DNA of 64,000 nt. It comes from Candidatus Coprenecus stercoripullorum. Lineage in GTDB: Bacteria > Bacteroidota > Bacteroidia > Bacteroidales > UBA932. Within the stretch, counting starts at the first letter, position 1. Each line of letters opens with the position of its first letter. The DNA lies in contig DVLA01000059.1 of the NCBI GenBank assembly GCA_018715745.1, forward strand, positions 6,722 to 70,721, given 5' to 3'. Of this stretch, positions 47,175 to 56,260 are shown one piece after another. The notes under the pieces are model-generated. The model was given only the letters and a program-made list of their open reading frames with translations, searched no databases and had not been told where the DNA came from. A program made the position numbers and the translations under genes.

Positions 47175-50100
47175 TTTCTTTATCGACAGGCCTATCTTCT
47201 CGACCGTAGTCTCCATCATCATCGTACTGGTGGGGATAATAGGCCTCGTCCTGCTGCCGGTTGACCAGTATCCCCAGATCGTACCTCCCGTAGTACAGGT
47301 ATCGGCATCCTATCCCGGAGCAAGCGCCGAGACGGTATCGCAAGCCGTTGCAACGCCGATAGAGCAGGAGCTGAACGGAACCCCGGGTATGCTCTATATG
47401 GAATCGAGCAGCACCAACACCGGCAGTTTCACAGTAAACATAACATTCGACATAGACACCGATCCCGACTTAGCCGCGGTAGAAATACAGAACAGGGTAA
47501 AGCAGGCCGAGGCAAGACTGCCGGCCGAAGTCATCCAGAACGGTATATCGGTGGACAAGCAGGCTACCAGCAAGCTGATGACCATCACCCTGCTCTCAAA
47601 CGACCCCAAATTCGACGAGATATACCTCAGCAACTATGCCACCCTCAACGTGCTGGACATGCTCAGGCGCATACCCGGAGTGGGACGGGTGTCAAATGTC
47701 GGAAGCCGGTACTATGCAATGCAGATATGGATACAGCCGGAGAAACTTGCAAATCTCGGGCTTACGGTAAAAGACCTGCAGGATGCGCTCAGGGAGCAGA
47801 ACAGGGAATCGGCCGCCGGAGTACTCGGGCAGCAGCCCATGGACGGAGTCGACGTGACAATCCCCATAATAGCCCAGGGCAGGCTTTCGACCGTCAGCGA
47901 ATTCGAAAACATAGTAATAAGGGCCAATAAGGACGGTTCCATCATCCGCATGAGGGATGTCGCCAGAGTTTCGCTCGAAGCCCAGTCATACAACACCGAA
48001 AGCGGCATAAACGGAGGGAACGCGGCCGTTCTCGACATAAGGATGCTCCCAGGCATGAACGCCATGGAAGTCTCCAGGTCCGTAAAGGCGACAATGAAGG
48101 AAATCAGTTCCAACTTTCCCGAGGGGATGTCCTATGAGATACCTTTCGACATGACGGAATATATCTCCCAGTCCATACATGAGGTCTACAAAACCCTCTT
48201 CGAGGCCCTGTTCCTTGTGATTTTAGTTGTATTCCTGTCACTGCAGAGCTGGAGGGCCACGCTGATACCTGCCATCGCCGTACCGATCTCCCTGATAGGG
48301 ACATTCGGGGTGATGCTGATTTTCGGATTCTCCCTCAATACGCTCACCCTGCTCGGGCTTGTCCTGGCCATAGGTATTGTTGTCGACGACGCAATAGTCG
48401 TCGTCGAAAACGTGGACAGGGTCATGAAGGAAGAGAAACTGCCGCCGTACGAGGCCACGAAAAAGGCTATGAGCGGCCTGGGCGGGGCTCTGATTGCCAT
48501 GTCATTGGTACTGTGCGCAGTATTTGTACCGGTAAGCTTCCTGTCCGGTATCACGGGCATGCTTTACAGGCAGTTTACAATCACCATTGCAGTATCCGTA
48601 ATAATATCTACAGTCGTTGCCCTTACCCTGAGCCCCGTAATGTGCTCCAAATTCCTGAAACCGCACGAGGAGGGCGAAAGGAAGAACTTCGTATTCAGAG
48701 CCATCAACCGCTGGCTGGAAAAAGGGAACATATTCTACGGTAAGATGATTCTGAAATTCCTTTCCCATTCCAGACGCACTTTCGCGGCTTTCGGAATCGC
48801 AGTCATAGGTATCTGGGGGATGAGCAAACTCATCCCGCAAAGCTTCCTGCCGCAGGAGGACCAGGGATTCTTTACGGTAGAGCTGGAACTTCCCGAAGGC
48901 ACGACGCTGGAAAGGACGAGAAAAGTAACGGAAAGGGCGATGGCATTCCTCATGGAACAACCGGACGTAAGATATGTCCTCAATGTCACCGGTTCGAGCC
49001 CGAGAGTCGGGACCAATCAGTCCCGCAGCCAGATGACGGTCATAATGAAACCATGGGAAGAACGGCAGGACCCGGACCTGTCCGCCTTTATGGAAAAAGT
49101 GCGCAGGGAACTGTCCCGCTATCCGGAAAGCAAGGTCTACCTGAGTTCTCCCCCCGTAATACCCGGCCTCGGTACGTCCGGAGGATTCGAGATGGCTCTC
49201 GAATCCAGGGGCAACACCACATACGAAGAGCTCCAGAGGGCTACCGACACCCTGCTGTACTATGCTTCGCGAAGCAAGGAACTTGCCAGGGTCGCCACCA
49301 CCATGCAGAGCGACATACCCCAGTTGTATTTCGATGTAGACAGGGACATGGCGAAACTGATGGGCGTATCCGTAGCCGACCTGTTCACCACGATGAAGGC
49401 CTTTACAGGCTCCATCTATGTCAATGACTTCAACCTTTTCAACAGGGTATACAGAGTATACATACAGGCTGACGAACCGTACAGGGCCACCCGCGACAAC
49501 CTCAACCTGTATTTCGTAAAAGGCAACGGAGGGGCCATGATCCCCATCACATCAATGGGTACTACACAATATACCACAGGGCCCGGCACAATCAAACGGT
49601 TCAACATGTTCTATTCCGCAATGATTACCGGTGAAGCCTCCCACGGATACAGCTCCGGCGAAGCCATGAACAAGATAGAGGAAATAGTGGATGAAAAACT
49701 CCCGGAAGGGATAGGGGTGGAATGGAGCGGCCTGTCCTATCAGGAAAAACAGCAGAGCGGCCAGGCCATATTGGTAATCCTGCTCGCTTTCCTTTTCGTA
49801 TTCCTGTTCCTCGCCGCACAATATGAAAGCTGGTCCGTACCGATAGCCGTGCTTCTGACCCTGCCCGTGGCCTGTTTCGGGGCATTCTTCGGAATCTGGG
49901 CGTTCGGGATGGAAAACAACGTATATTTCCAGATAGGGCTCGTCATGCTTATAGGCCTGGCCGCCAAAAACGCAATCCTGATAGTAGAGTTCGCCAAAAA
50001 CGAGGTGGAAAAAGGGAAGACGCCGACAGATGCCGCAATCCATGCCTCGTCCATGCGTTTCCGCCCTATCCTGATGACATCCCTCTCATTCATTCTCGGG

Positions 50101-50277
50101 ATGCTACCGCTGGTATTCGCATCAGGGCCGGGTTCGGCAAGCAGGCAAGGTATCGGGGTAGGCGTATTCATCGGCATGATAGTAGCGACTACCATAGGTA
50201 TCGTCTTCGTACCTTTCTTCTTCGTATGGGTCTACAGGCTAAAGGAAAAATTCGCGAAAAGGAGGGCCAAAGCATGA
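47164..50277 (+). CDS. RND multidrug efflux permease (AcrB/HAE1 family)
   Basis: 1037 aa with N-terminus FFIDRPIFSTVVSIIIVLVG, 12 TM helices, two large periplasmic loops and the VDDAIVVVENV motif. Confidence 0.95.
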   Translation: MKSDFFIDRPIFSTVVSIIIVLVGIIGLVLLPVDQYPQIVPPVVQVSASYPGASAETVSQAVATPIEQELNGTPGMLYMESSSTNTGSFTVNITFDIDTDPDLAAVEIQNRVKQAEARLPAEVIQNGISVDKQATSKLMTITLLSNDPKFDEIYLSNYATLNVLDMLRRIPGVGRVSNVGSRYYAMQIWIQPEKLANLGLTVKDLQDALREQNRESAAGVLGQQPMDGVDVTIPIIAQGRLSTVSEFENIVIRANKDGSIIRMRDVARVSLEAQSYNTESGINGGNAAVLDIRMLPGMNAMEVSRSVKATMKEISSNFPEGMSYEIPFDMTEYISQSIHEVYKTLFEALFLVILVVFLSLQSWRATLIPAIAVPISLIGTFGVMLIFGFSLNTLTLLGLVLAIGIVVDDAIVVVENVDRVMKEEKLPPYEATKKAMSGLGGALIAMSLVLCAVFVPVSFLSGITGMLYRQFTITIAVSVIISTVVALTLSPVMCSKFLKPHEEGERKNFVFRAINRWLEKGNIFYGKMILKFLSHSRRTFAAFGIAVIGIWGMSKLIPQSFLPQEDQGFFTVELELPEGTTLERTRKVTERAMAFLMEQPDVRYVLNVTGSSPRVGTNQSRSQMTVIMKPWEERQDPDLSAFMEKVRRELSRYPESKVYLSSPPVIPGLGTSGGFEMALESRGNTTYEELQRATDTLLYYASRSKELARVATTMQSDIPQLYFDVDRDMAKLMGVSVADLFTTMKAFTGSIYVNDFNLFNRVYRVYIQADEPYRATRDNLNLYFVKGNGGAMIPITSMGTTQYTTGPGTIKRFNMFYSAMITGEASHGYSSGEAMNKIEEIVDEKLPEGIGVEWSGLSYQEKQQSGQAILVILLAFLFVFLFLAAQYESWSVPIAVLLTLPVACFGAFFGIWAFGMENNVYFQIGLVMLIGLAAKNAILIVEFAKNEVEKGKTPTDAAIHASSMRFRPILMTSLSFILGMLPLVFASGPGSASRQGIGVGVFIGMIVATTIGIVFVPFFFVWVYRLKEKFAKRRAKA

Positions 50278-51710
50278 AAAAGCATTTGATTTTTACCACA
50301 ACTGCTGTTCTTGCAGCTTTACTGCTGTCAGGCTGCGGGGCAGCCGTAAAGCGCTGTGAAGCTCCGGAACTCAACCTGCCCGAACGGATTACGCCGTACG
50401 AAACGGTCGACTCGCTATGTATAGCGGATCTCGAATGGTGGGACGTATATGCCGACACGCTGCTTCAGAGCCTCATCAGGAAAACCTTGGACAACAACAG
50501 GGACATGCTCTCCGCAGCTGCAAGGGTCAGGGAATTCGAAAATCTTCACAGAGTGAAAAAAGCCGGCCAGCTGCCATCACTGAGCGCAAGGTTCTATCCG
50601 CAATACGAGCAATACGACTATACCTTCGACGACAAGGTCATCGACCCTGAAATCGGGCTTAAGGCGACTCTGTCGTGGGAGGTGGACTTTTTCGGCCGGC
50701 TGCGCTGGGCCTCAAGAGAAGCCCTGGCCGAATACCTGTCTTCCGTTGAAGCCCAAAGGGCTCTGCAAATGACCCTTATAGCGGATGTAGCCACCGCATA
50801 CTACGAACTTATAGCATTGGACAACGAACTCGAAATCGTAATGCGTACCCTCGAAACCCGCAGCGAGAACGAAAGGCATGCCAAGCTGAGATTCGAAGGG
50901 GGGCTGACCTCCGAGACCACCTACCAGCAGTCCAAGGTAGAATACGCCACAACAGCGGCCCTCGTACCGGACCTGCAGAAGCAGATTAAAATGAAGGAAA
51001 ACGAGATATCCATGCTTGCAGGCAGTTATCCGACATCCGTCCAGAGATCGCTGATGGATGAGACCGACACCCTGATACGGGATGTCCTCCATGTAGGCAT
51101 ACCGTCCGAGCTTCTCAAAAGGAGGCCCGATGTGAGGGTGTCCGAGCAGTCCCTTCAGGCCGCCATGGCAAGGGTCGGCGTCAAATGGGCCGACAGATTC
51201 CCGAGATTCAGCATCTCCCTGACAGGCGGGATAGAGAACAACACGTTCCAGAGATTTTTCTCGGCGCCTTTCCTCCTGGGCCTGCCCGACATAGTCGCAC
51301 CCCTGTTCTCATTCGGAAAACGCAAGGCCGACTATGAGGCAGCCATAGCCGCATACGACAATGCCAGATTCCAGTACGAGAAAAAAGTCATGCAGGTATT
51401 CGAAGAAGTAAACAACGCCGTCGTATCCTATAACTCCGCAAGGGAAAAGGTCCTGCTCATGCAGAATCTCAAGGATGCCGCAAGGAGATACGTAGACCTG
51501 GCCCGTTTCCAATACATCAACGGCTCGATAAATTACATCGACGTACTCGACGCCCAGCGTAGTTACTTCGATGCCGAAATAGATCTCAGCAATGCCGTAA
51601 GGGACGAATTCTTAGCAATGGTAAACCTTTACAAGTCACTCGGCGGAGGCTGGAAAGATTCCGTACAGGCAGATACTGGCAAGGATAAGAAAACAGAAAA
51701 GAAAAAATGA
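50274..51710 (+). CDS. efflux outer-membrane factor (TolC/NodT-family lipoprotein)
   Basis: The start was moved to Met17 (MKKHLIF...LLLSGC lipobox), giving an ATGA overlap with the RND stop. OEP repeats are present, and the sequence ends ...LYKSLGGGW. Confidence 0.9.
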   Translation: MKKHLIFTTTAVLAALLLSGCGAAVKRCEAPELNLPERITPYETVDSLCIADLEWWDVYADTLLQSLIRKTLDNNRDMLSAAARVREFENLHRVKKAGQLPSLSARFYPQYEQYDYTFDDKVIDPEIGLKATLSWEVDFFGRLRWASREALAEYLSSVEAQRALQMTLIADVATAYYELIALDNELEIVMRTLETRSENERHAKLRFEGGLTSETTYQQSKVEYATTAALVPDLQKQIKMKENEISMLAGSYPTSVQRSLMDETDTLIRDVLHVGIPSELLKRRPDVRVSEQSLQAAMARVGVKWADRFPRFSISLTGGIENNTFQRFFSAPFLLGLPDIVAPLFSFGKRKADYEAAIAAYDNARFQYEKKVMQVFEEVNNAVVSYNSAREKVLLMQNLKDAARRYVDLARFQYINGSINYIDVLDAQRSYFDAEIDLSNAVRDEFLAMVNLYKSLGGGWKDSVQADTGKDKKTEKKK

Positions 51711-52498
51711 CCGGATTCAAGGACAAGACAGCCGTAATTACCGGTGCGGGAAGCGGTATAGGCGAAGCGATAGCCTACCAGTTCGCCCTCAGGGGGGCAA
51801 ATGTAGTGCTTGCCGGCAGGAATACCGCCAGACTTGAAGCAGTAAGCGCAAAATGCGCATCCATGGGAGCCGGCGCCTTTTTCCATACCATGGACGCAGA
51901 GGATCCCGTATCAATAGAGAATTTCGCGTCTTACCTTAGGGAGAACGGCCTTATGCCCGACTTTCTCGTATTGAATGCCGGAATATCCCAGCGCGGCGCC
52001 GCCCTTGAAAGCGATTTGTCTGTAGACAGACGGATCATGGAAGTAAACTACTTCGGGGCCGTAAGCCTTACAAAGGCGCTCGGAGACCACCTGCGTACTG
52101 CGAAAAAAGTCAATATAGCTGTCACCACATCCATTTCAGGGCTTTTCGGATTTCCGCTAAGGTCAGCCTATTGCGCATCAAAGCATGCACTGTTCGGTTT
52201 TTTCGAATCGCTCGAGACGGAATATCCGAACATCAGGGTCACATTTCTGATACCCGGACGCATCAATACCGGTATCTCGGAACATTCCCTGACCGCTGAC
52301 GGCCGGCCGTACGGGAAAATGGATCCCGGTCAGGCCAACGGGATGAGTGTAGAAAAATGCGCCGTCAAGGCTATAAAGGCCATAGGAAAAGAGAAACGGC
52401 GGAAGCTGATAGGAGGGAAGGAGCTCCTTATGGTTCAGTTCCACAGATTCTGTCCCTCCATTTTCTTCAGGCTGGCACGGAAAGTGTCACCACACTGA
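51707..52498 (+). CDS. SDR-family oxidoreductase
   Basis: 263 aa with TGAGSGIGEA cofactor loop, NAG, and the catalytic YCASK motif. It has an ATGA overlap with the OMF stop. Confidence 0.9.
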   Translation: MTGFKDKTAVITGAGSGIGEAIAYQFALRGANVVLAGRNTARLEAVSAKCASMGAGAFFHTMDAEDPVSIENFASYLRENGLMPDFLVLNAGISQRGAALESDLSVDRRIMEVNYFGAVSLTKALGDHLRTAKKVNIAVTTSISGLFGFPLRSAYCASKHALFGFFESLETEYPNIRVTFLIPGRINTGISEHSLTADGRPYGKMDPGQANGMSVEKCAVKAIKAIGKEKRRKLIGGKELLMVQFHRFCPSIFFRLARKVSPH

Positions 52499-52525
52499 CA
52501 ATTGCAAATCCAAGAATAGATAGAT

Positions 52526-53599
52526 ATGGAAAAAATAATCTGCGGAATACAGCAAGTAGGCATAGGTGTCAGCGATGCCGTACAGGCATGGCGATGGTAC
52601 AGGGAGACCCTGGGTTTCGATACGAAAATATTCGCGGCCGAGGGAGTAGCGGAAAAAATGCTGCCATACACCGGCGGCAAGCCGCAGCCGAGATTCGCCA
52701 TACTGGCCTATAACCTGCGCGGAGGGGCGGGGTTTGAAATATGGGAGCCGAAGGGAAGAGACCTCAACTACGTTTCATTCAAGCCAATGCTCGGCGATTT
52801 GGGCATCTGGGCCTGCAAGGTCAAGTCGTGCGATATAGACAAGGCATGGACAGGCCTTAAAGAAAAAGGCGTAAAGATATGCGGGAACATCTCCCGGAAA
52901 CCGGACGGTAAAAGGCATTTCTTCATCTACGACCCATACGGCAACCTTTTCGAGATAGAAGAAGACAATTACGTATTCATCAATGAAAAAAAATATACCG
53001 GCGGAGGCAACGGGGCAATAATCGGCGTATCCGATATGGACCGTTCCATAAGGTTCTATTCCACACTGACTGACTACGACAACATAGTATACGACAAGAC
53101 AGGCATTTTCGAAGATTTCAGCGACATCCCTGGAGGGGGATTTGCCGTACGGAGAGTACTGCTCACGAGGTCGAAACCCATAGAAGGCCCTCTGTGCGAA
53201 ATTATGGGGACTTCCTGCATAGAACTTGTACAAAGGCTTCCGGAAGGATTCGACATACCTGTCCCGAAAAAAATATATGAAGGCAGGTTCTGGGGAGACC
53301 CCGGATTCATCCACCTGTGCTTCGACATAAGGAATATGGATGCCGTCCGCCATGCAGCCCTGTCCCTCGGACACGATTTCGTCTGCGACGGGGGAAGGGA
53401 CTTCAAAATGGGCGAAGCCGACGGCCATTTCACCTACGTGGAAGACCCTGACGGCACTCTCATAGAGTTCGTAGAGACTTTCAAGATCCCCATAATGAAG
53501 AAATGGGGGATATACCTGCATATCAATCCGAAAAATCCGAAAAAGAAACTGCCCCGGATTCTCACCAAAGCGCTGAGATTTTTAAAGAACAGCAAATAA
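52526..53599 (+). CDS. multi-domain VOC (glyoxalase/bleomycin-resistance/dioxygenase) family protein
   Basis: 357 aa with repeated beta-alpha-beta-beta-beta modules. The VOC-like segments are IQQVGIGVSD...FEIWEP and AIIGVSDMDRSIRFY...IELVQ, plus HLCFDIRNMD...PDGTLIEFVE. Confidence 0.75.
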   Translation: MEKIICGIQQVGIGVSDAVQAWRWYRETLGFDTKIFAAEGVAEKMLPYTGGKPQPRFAILAYNLRGGAGFEIWEPKGRDLNYVSFKPMLGDLGIWACKVKSCDIDKAWTGLKEKGVKICGNISRKPDGKRHFFIYDPYGNLFEIEEDNYVFINEKKYTGGGNGAIIGVSDMDRSIRFYSTLTDYDNIVYDKTGIFEDFSDIPGGGFAVRRVLLTRSKPIEGPLCEIMGTSCIELVQRLPEGFDIPVPKKIYEGRFWGDPGFIHLCFDIRNMDAVRHAALSLGHDFVCDGGRDFKMGEADGHFTYVEDPDGTLIEFVETFKIPIMKKWGIYLHINPKNPKKKLPRILTKALRFLKNSK

Positions 53600-53625
53600 T
53601 TTCTTTCCGGTTAAGGAAAAACAGT

Positions 53626-53633
53626 TATCTTTG
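53626..53633 (+). promoter_or_regulatory. candidate -7 box (TATCTTTG) for rpsP-rimM
   Basis: A perfect TAnnTTTG match, 62 nt upstream of the rpsP ATG. It is embedded in the 15-mer TTATCTTTGCAGGCC, which is shared with the tRNA-Leu promoter. Confidence 0.55.
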
Positions 53634-53695
53634 CAGGCCTTTTCTCGAGAAGATTAGGAGGTTATTTACAATTACAAACTTAAAAGACCTTAAAA

Positions 53696-54265
53696 ATGGC
53701 AGTTAAAATTCGTTTGGCACGCCACGGAAAGAAAAACCACGCGTTTTTCCATATAGTAGTGGCAGACATCCGCGCCCCGAGGGACGGACGTTACATCGAG
53801 CGTATCGGCTCCTATGATCCCAACACAAACCCCGCAACCATCAGCCTTGATGCCGACAGGGCATTATACTGGCTCGGTGTAGGAGCGCAGCCTACAGACA
53901 CCTGCAGGCGTATCCTTTCATTCGAAGGGGTGCTGCTCAGGAAACATCTGACCGGAGGCGTTGCAAAAGGCGCCCTTACCGAAGAGGCGGCACAGCAGAA
54001 ATGGGAAGCATGGAAAGCCGAGAGGGACAGCAAGATAGCTTCCAAGAAACAGAACATCGCCAGGACCATTGGCGAACGTGACAGAGAACTTCTGAAAGCC
54101 GAGGCGAAAGTAAATCAGGAAAGGGCCGAGGCTATTGCGAAGAAAAAAGCGGAAGAGGCCGCCGCAGCTGCCGAGGCTGCCGCAAAAGCCGCTGCTGAAG
54201 CCGCTGAAGCTGCCGGAGAGGCAACAGAAGCTCCGGCTGAAAGCGAAGCGACCACCCAGGAGTAA
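53696..54265 (+). CDS. rpsP: 30S ribosomal protein S16 with long Ala/Glu/Lys-rich C-terminal extension
   Basis: N-terminus [24 protein letters not shown]...[14 protein letters not shown] is canonical S16. About 100 extra C-terminal residues are low-complexity ([25 protein letters not shown]). Confidence 0.93.
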   Translation: MAVKIRLARHGKKNHAFFHIVVADIRAPRDGRYIERIGSYDPNTNPATISLDADRALYWLGVGAQPTDTCRRILSFEGVLLRKHLTGGVAKGALTEEAAQQKWEAWKAERDSKIASKKQNIARTIGERDRELLKAEAKVNQERAEAIAKKKAEEAAAAAEAAAKAAAEAAEAAGEATEAPAESEATTQE

Positions 54266-54269
54266 TCCC

Positions 54270-54773
54270 ATGCTGCCGGCACCGGACACATTGCTGCCGA
54301 TAGCTGAGGTATCGAAATCCTACGGCATCCAAGGCGAAATCATCATATCGTTCCGTGAATCCGTGGATTTGGAAAACGACAGACCGGTATTCCTTCTTTT
54401 CGAAGGACTGCCGGTTCCTTTTTTCATTACCGGCATACAGCGCAAGGGCAACAGGAAAGCCGTAATGAAACTCGAAGGCATCGATACACTCGAAGATGCA
54501 GAGGAAATAACCGGAAAAGCAGTCCTGATACGTCCCGAAGACTACGGCCTCGAGGATGAGGAAGATGAGGAAAGCCTTGTCGGGTTTACCTTATACGACG
54601 GCAAAGGCAGGCGCATAGGCATTATAGACCGCATACATGATTTTTCCGGAAACATCTGCCTTGAAACCGAAGGTTCGGACATTCTCATTCCCTTCCACGA
54701 GGACCTGCTCATCTCCATTTCCGCTGAAAACAGGGAAATCATCCTGAATATCAGCGAAGGCCTTCTACCCTGA
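54270..54773 (+). CDS. rimM: 16S rRNA processing protein RimM
   Basis: The start was moved to the Met at 54270 (MLPAPDTLLPIAEVSKSYGIQGEIIISF), the typical RimM N-terminus. The upstream ORF extension overlaps the rpsP tail in another frame. 167 aa. Confidence 0.85.
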   Translation: MLPAPDTLLPIAEVSKSYGIQGEIIISFRESVDLENDRPVFLLFEGLPVPFFITGIQRKGNRKAVMKLEGIDTLEDAEEITGKAVLIRPEDYGLEDEEDEESLVGFTLYDGKGRRIGIIDRIHDFSGNICLETEGSDILIPFHEDLLISISAENREIILNISEGLLP

Positions 54774-54809
54774 AAGACCGTTCGTCCTCACAAATAACAA
54801 TTTATAGTC

Positions 54810-55391
54810 ATGAAACCCTACACCATAATAGCAACGGCCGTAATAGTAGCGGCGGCCTGCGGAACTGCCCGTGCACAGGGAGTAGCATTAAACGGGAAAA
54901 ACGCCAACGGTGAAGTTACATGCACGGGAAGGGTTATGACACAGGATTTCCTCTATGGAGAAGACATCCCGGAAATAGAATGGACACTGGGCGATTCCGC
55001 GAAGACAATACTCGGATACCGCTGTCACACGGCTACATGCTCTTTCAGAGGCAGGGACTATACGGTATGGTATACCACGGACATTCCGGCAAGATACGGA
55101 CCGTGGAAATTCTCAGGGCTGCCGGGACTGGTTCTCGAAGCCTGCGACTCGGACAGTCTGTTCACATTCAAGGCCTGTAAAATATACAGGACTACGGGAA
55201 GCATAGACATGCCGAAATACACATTCCTGAAGGCGAAAAAAGAACAGTATATGAAAGCCAAGAAATTGCAGTTTGTAAATCTTGCGCAGGCCTGCAGGCT
55301 GTATCTCGTCAACACGGGCTGGAAGATGGTAGAAGATGGAAAGCCTGACAAGATAAAGGAAATGAAGTGGTCTTTTATAGAAAGGGACTGA
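54810..55391 (+). CDS. GLPGLI family protein
   Basis: 193 aa with a signal peptide. Contains the name-giving motif as GLPGLV (KFSGLPGLVLEA), preceded by YTVWYTTDIP. Confidence 0.75.
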   Translation: MKPYTIIATAVIVAAACGTARAQGVALNGKNANGEVTCTGRVMTQDFLYGEDIPEIEWTLGDSAKTILGYRCHTATCSFRGRDYTVWYTTDIPARYGPWKFSGLPGLVLEACDSDSLFTFKACKIYRTTGSIDMPKYTFLKAKKEQYMKAKKLQFVNLAQACRLYLVNTGWKMVEDGKPDKIKEMKWSFIERD

Positions 55392-55392
55392 T

Positions 55393-56258
55393 ATGAAACA
55401 TCTGTCGATAATACTGTTGCTGTTTTTATTATGTTGCTGCGGCAACAGCAGCGTAGCCGTAAAGGCTTTTCCGGAAAAGACACTGCGGACATGTATCACT
55501 CTTGCTCCGGACACACTGCTTTACAGCCCGGAAGAGGAAATGTTATTTAAAGCATTCGTAATAAACGACACTTGCATTATAACAAGTTACGGCAACAACC
55601 GGGAACATGCGGTGGACCTGTTAGACCTCCATTCCGGTAACGTCCTAAAACATATCGTACGATACGGCATAAATGACGGCGAAGTACTGGCTGCACAAAC
55701 GACCGTATTCCGTCATAGGACTCAACCCCTATTGCTATCTCCTGACGGAAAGATAACCAACAAAAGAATGAAGCGCTTTATCGTGGCTGACAGTTCCATG
55801 TCATTTCCAGATGAGCTGGCATACGAATATTTCACAATGAACCTGATTATGGGCAGTATTGTTATAAACGACATTGACGGACAGGTTGCATATTTCGACC
55901 GCTATGACGACCGCATAGAATTTTTCGATGGTTCACTTACACCCGTAATGACGGTTTCAGGCCCTGCGGATATAACAAACGAATTGTCGGTCAACGACAA
56001 CATTGTAGTGTATAAGGACGTAAAATACGCATATACATACGCGATTCCCGGGAACAACTCCATATATGATATGCATCGTTCGAAAACGGGGAAAAACAGT
56101 ATCTCCTACATATCGGCTGGGACGGAAATATTCTGAAATGCTACAGGATTGCCGACAGCCATGTACTGTCGCTGTCCCTTTCGGAAGAGGGAAAAGACAT
56201 ATTCGCCCTGCAGGAAAACCGTTCAGGAGACAAATACCTGATAAGGTACAGGCTGTAG
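55393..56258 (+). pseudogene. beta-propeller-like lipoprotein gene, apparently frameshifted near 56065..56075
   Basis: ORF 55393..56136 has a lipobox (LLFLLCCCGNSS). It ends in out-of-character sequence, while another frame is open from 56070 to the TAG at 56256..56258. That frame encodes a propeller-C-terminus-like tail (YASFENGEKQYLLHIGWDGNILKCYRIADSHVLSLSLSEEGKDIFALQENRSGDKYLIRYRL) ending 2 nt from the convergent gene. Confidence 0.55.
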
Positions 56259-56260
56259 GC

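Noticed and set aside
54135-54269. 45-codon N-terminal extension of rimM overlapping rpsP
   Set aside because: It is a Lys/Arg/Pro-rich read-through of the Ala/Glu-rich rpsP tail in another frame. The RimM-like sequence starts at the Met at 54270, 4 nt after the rpsP stop.
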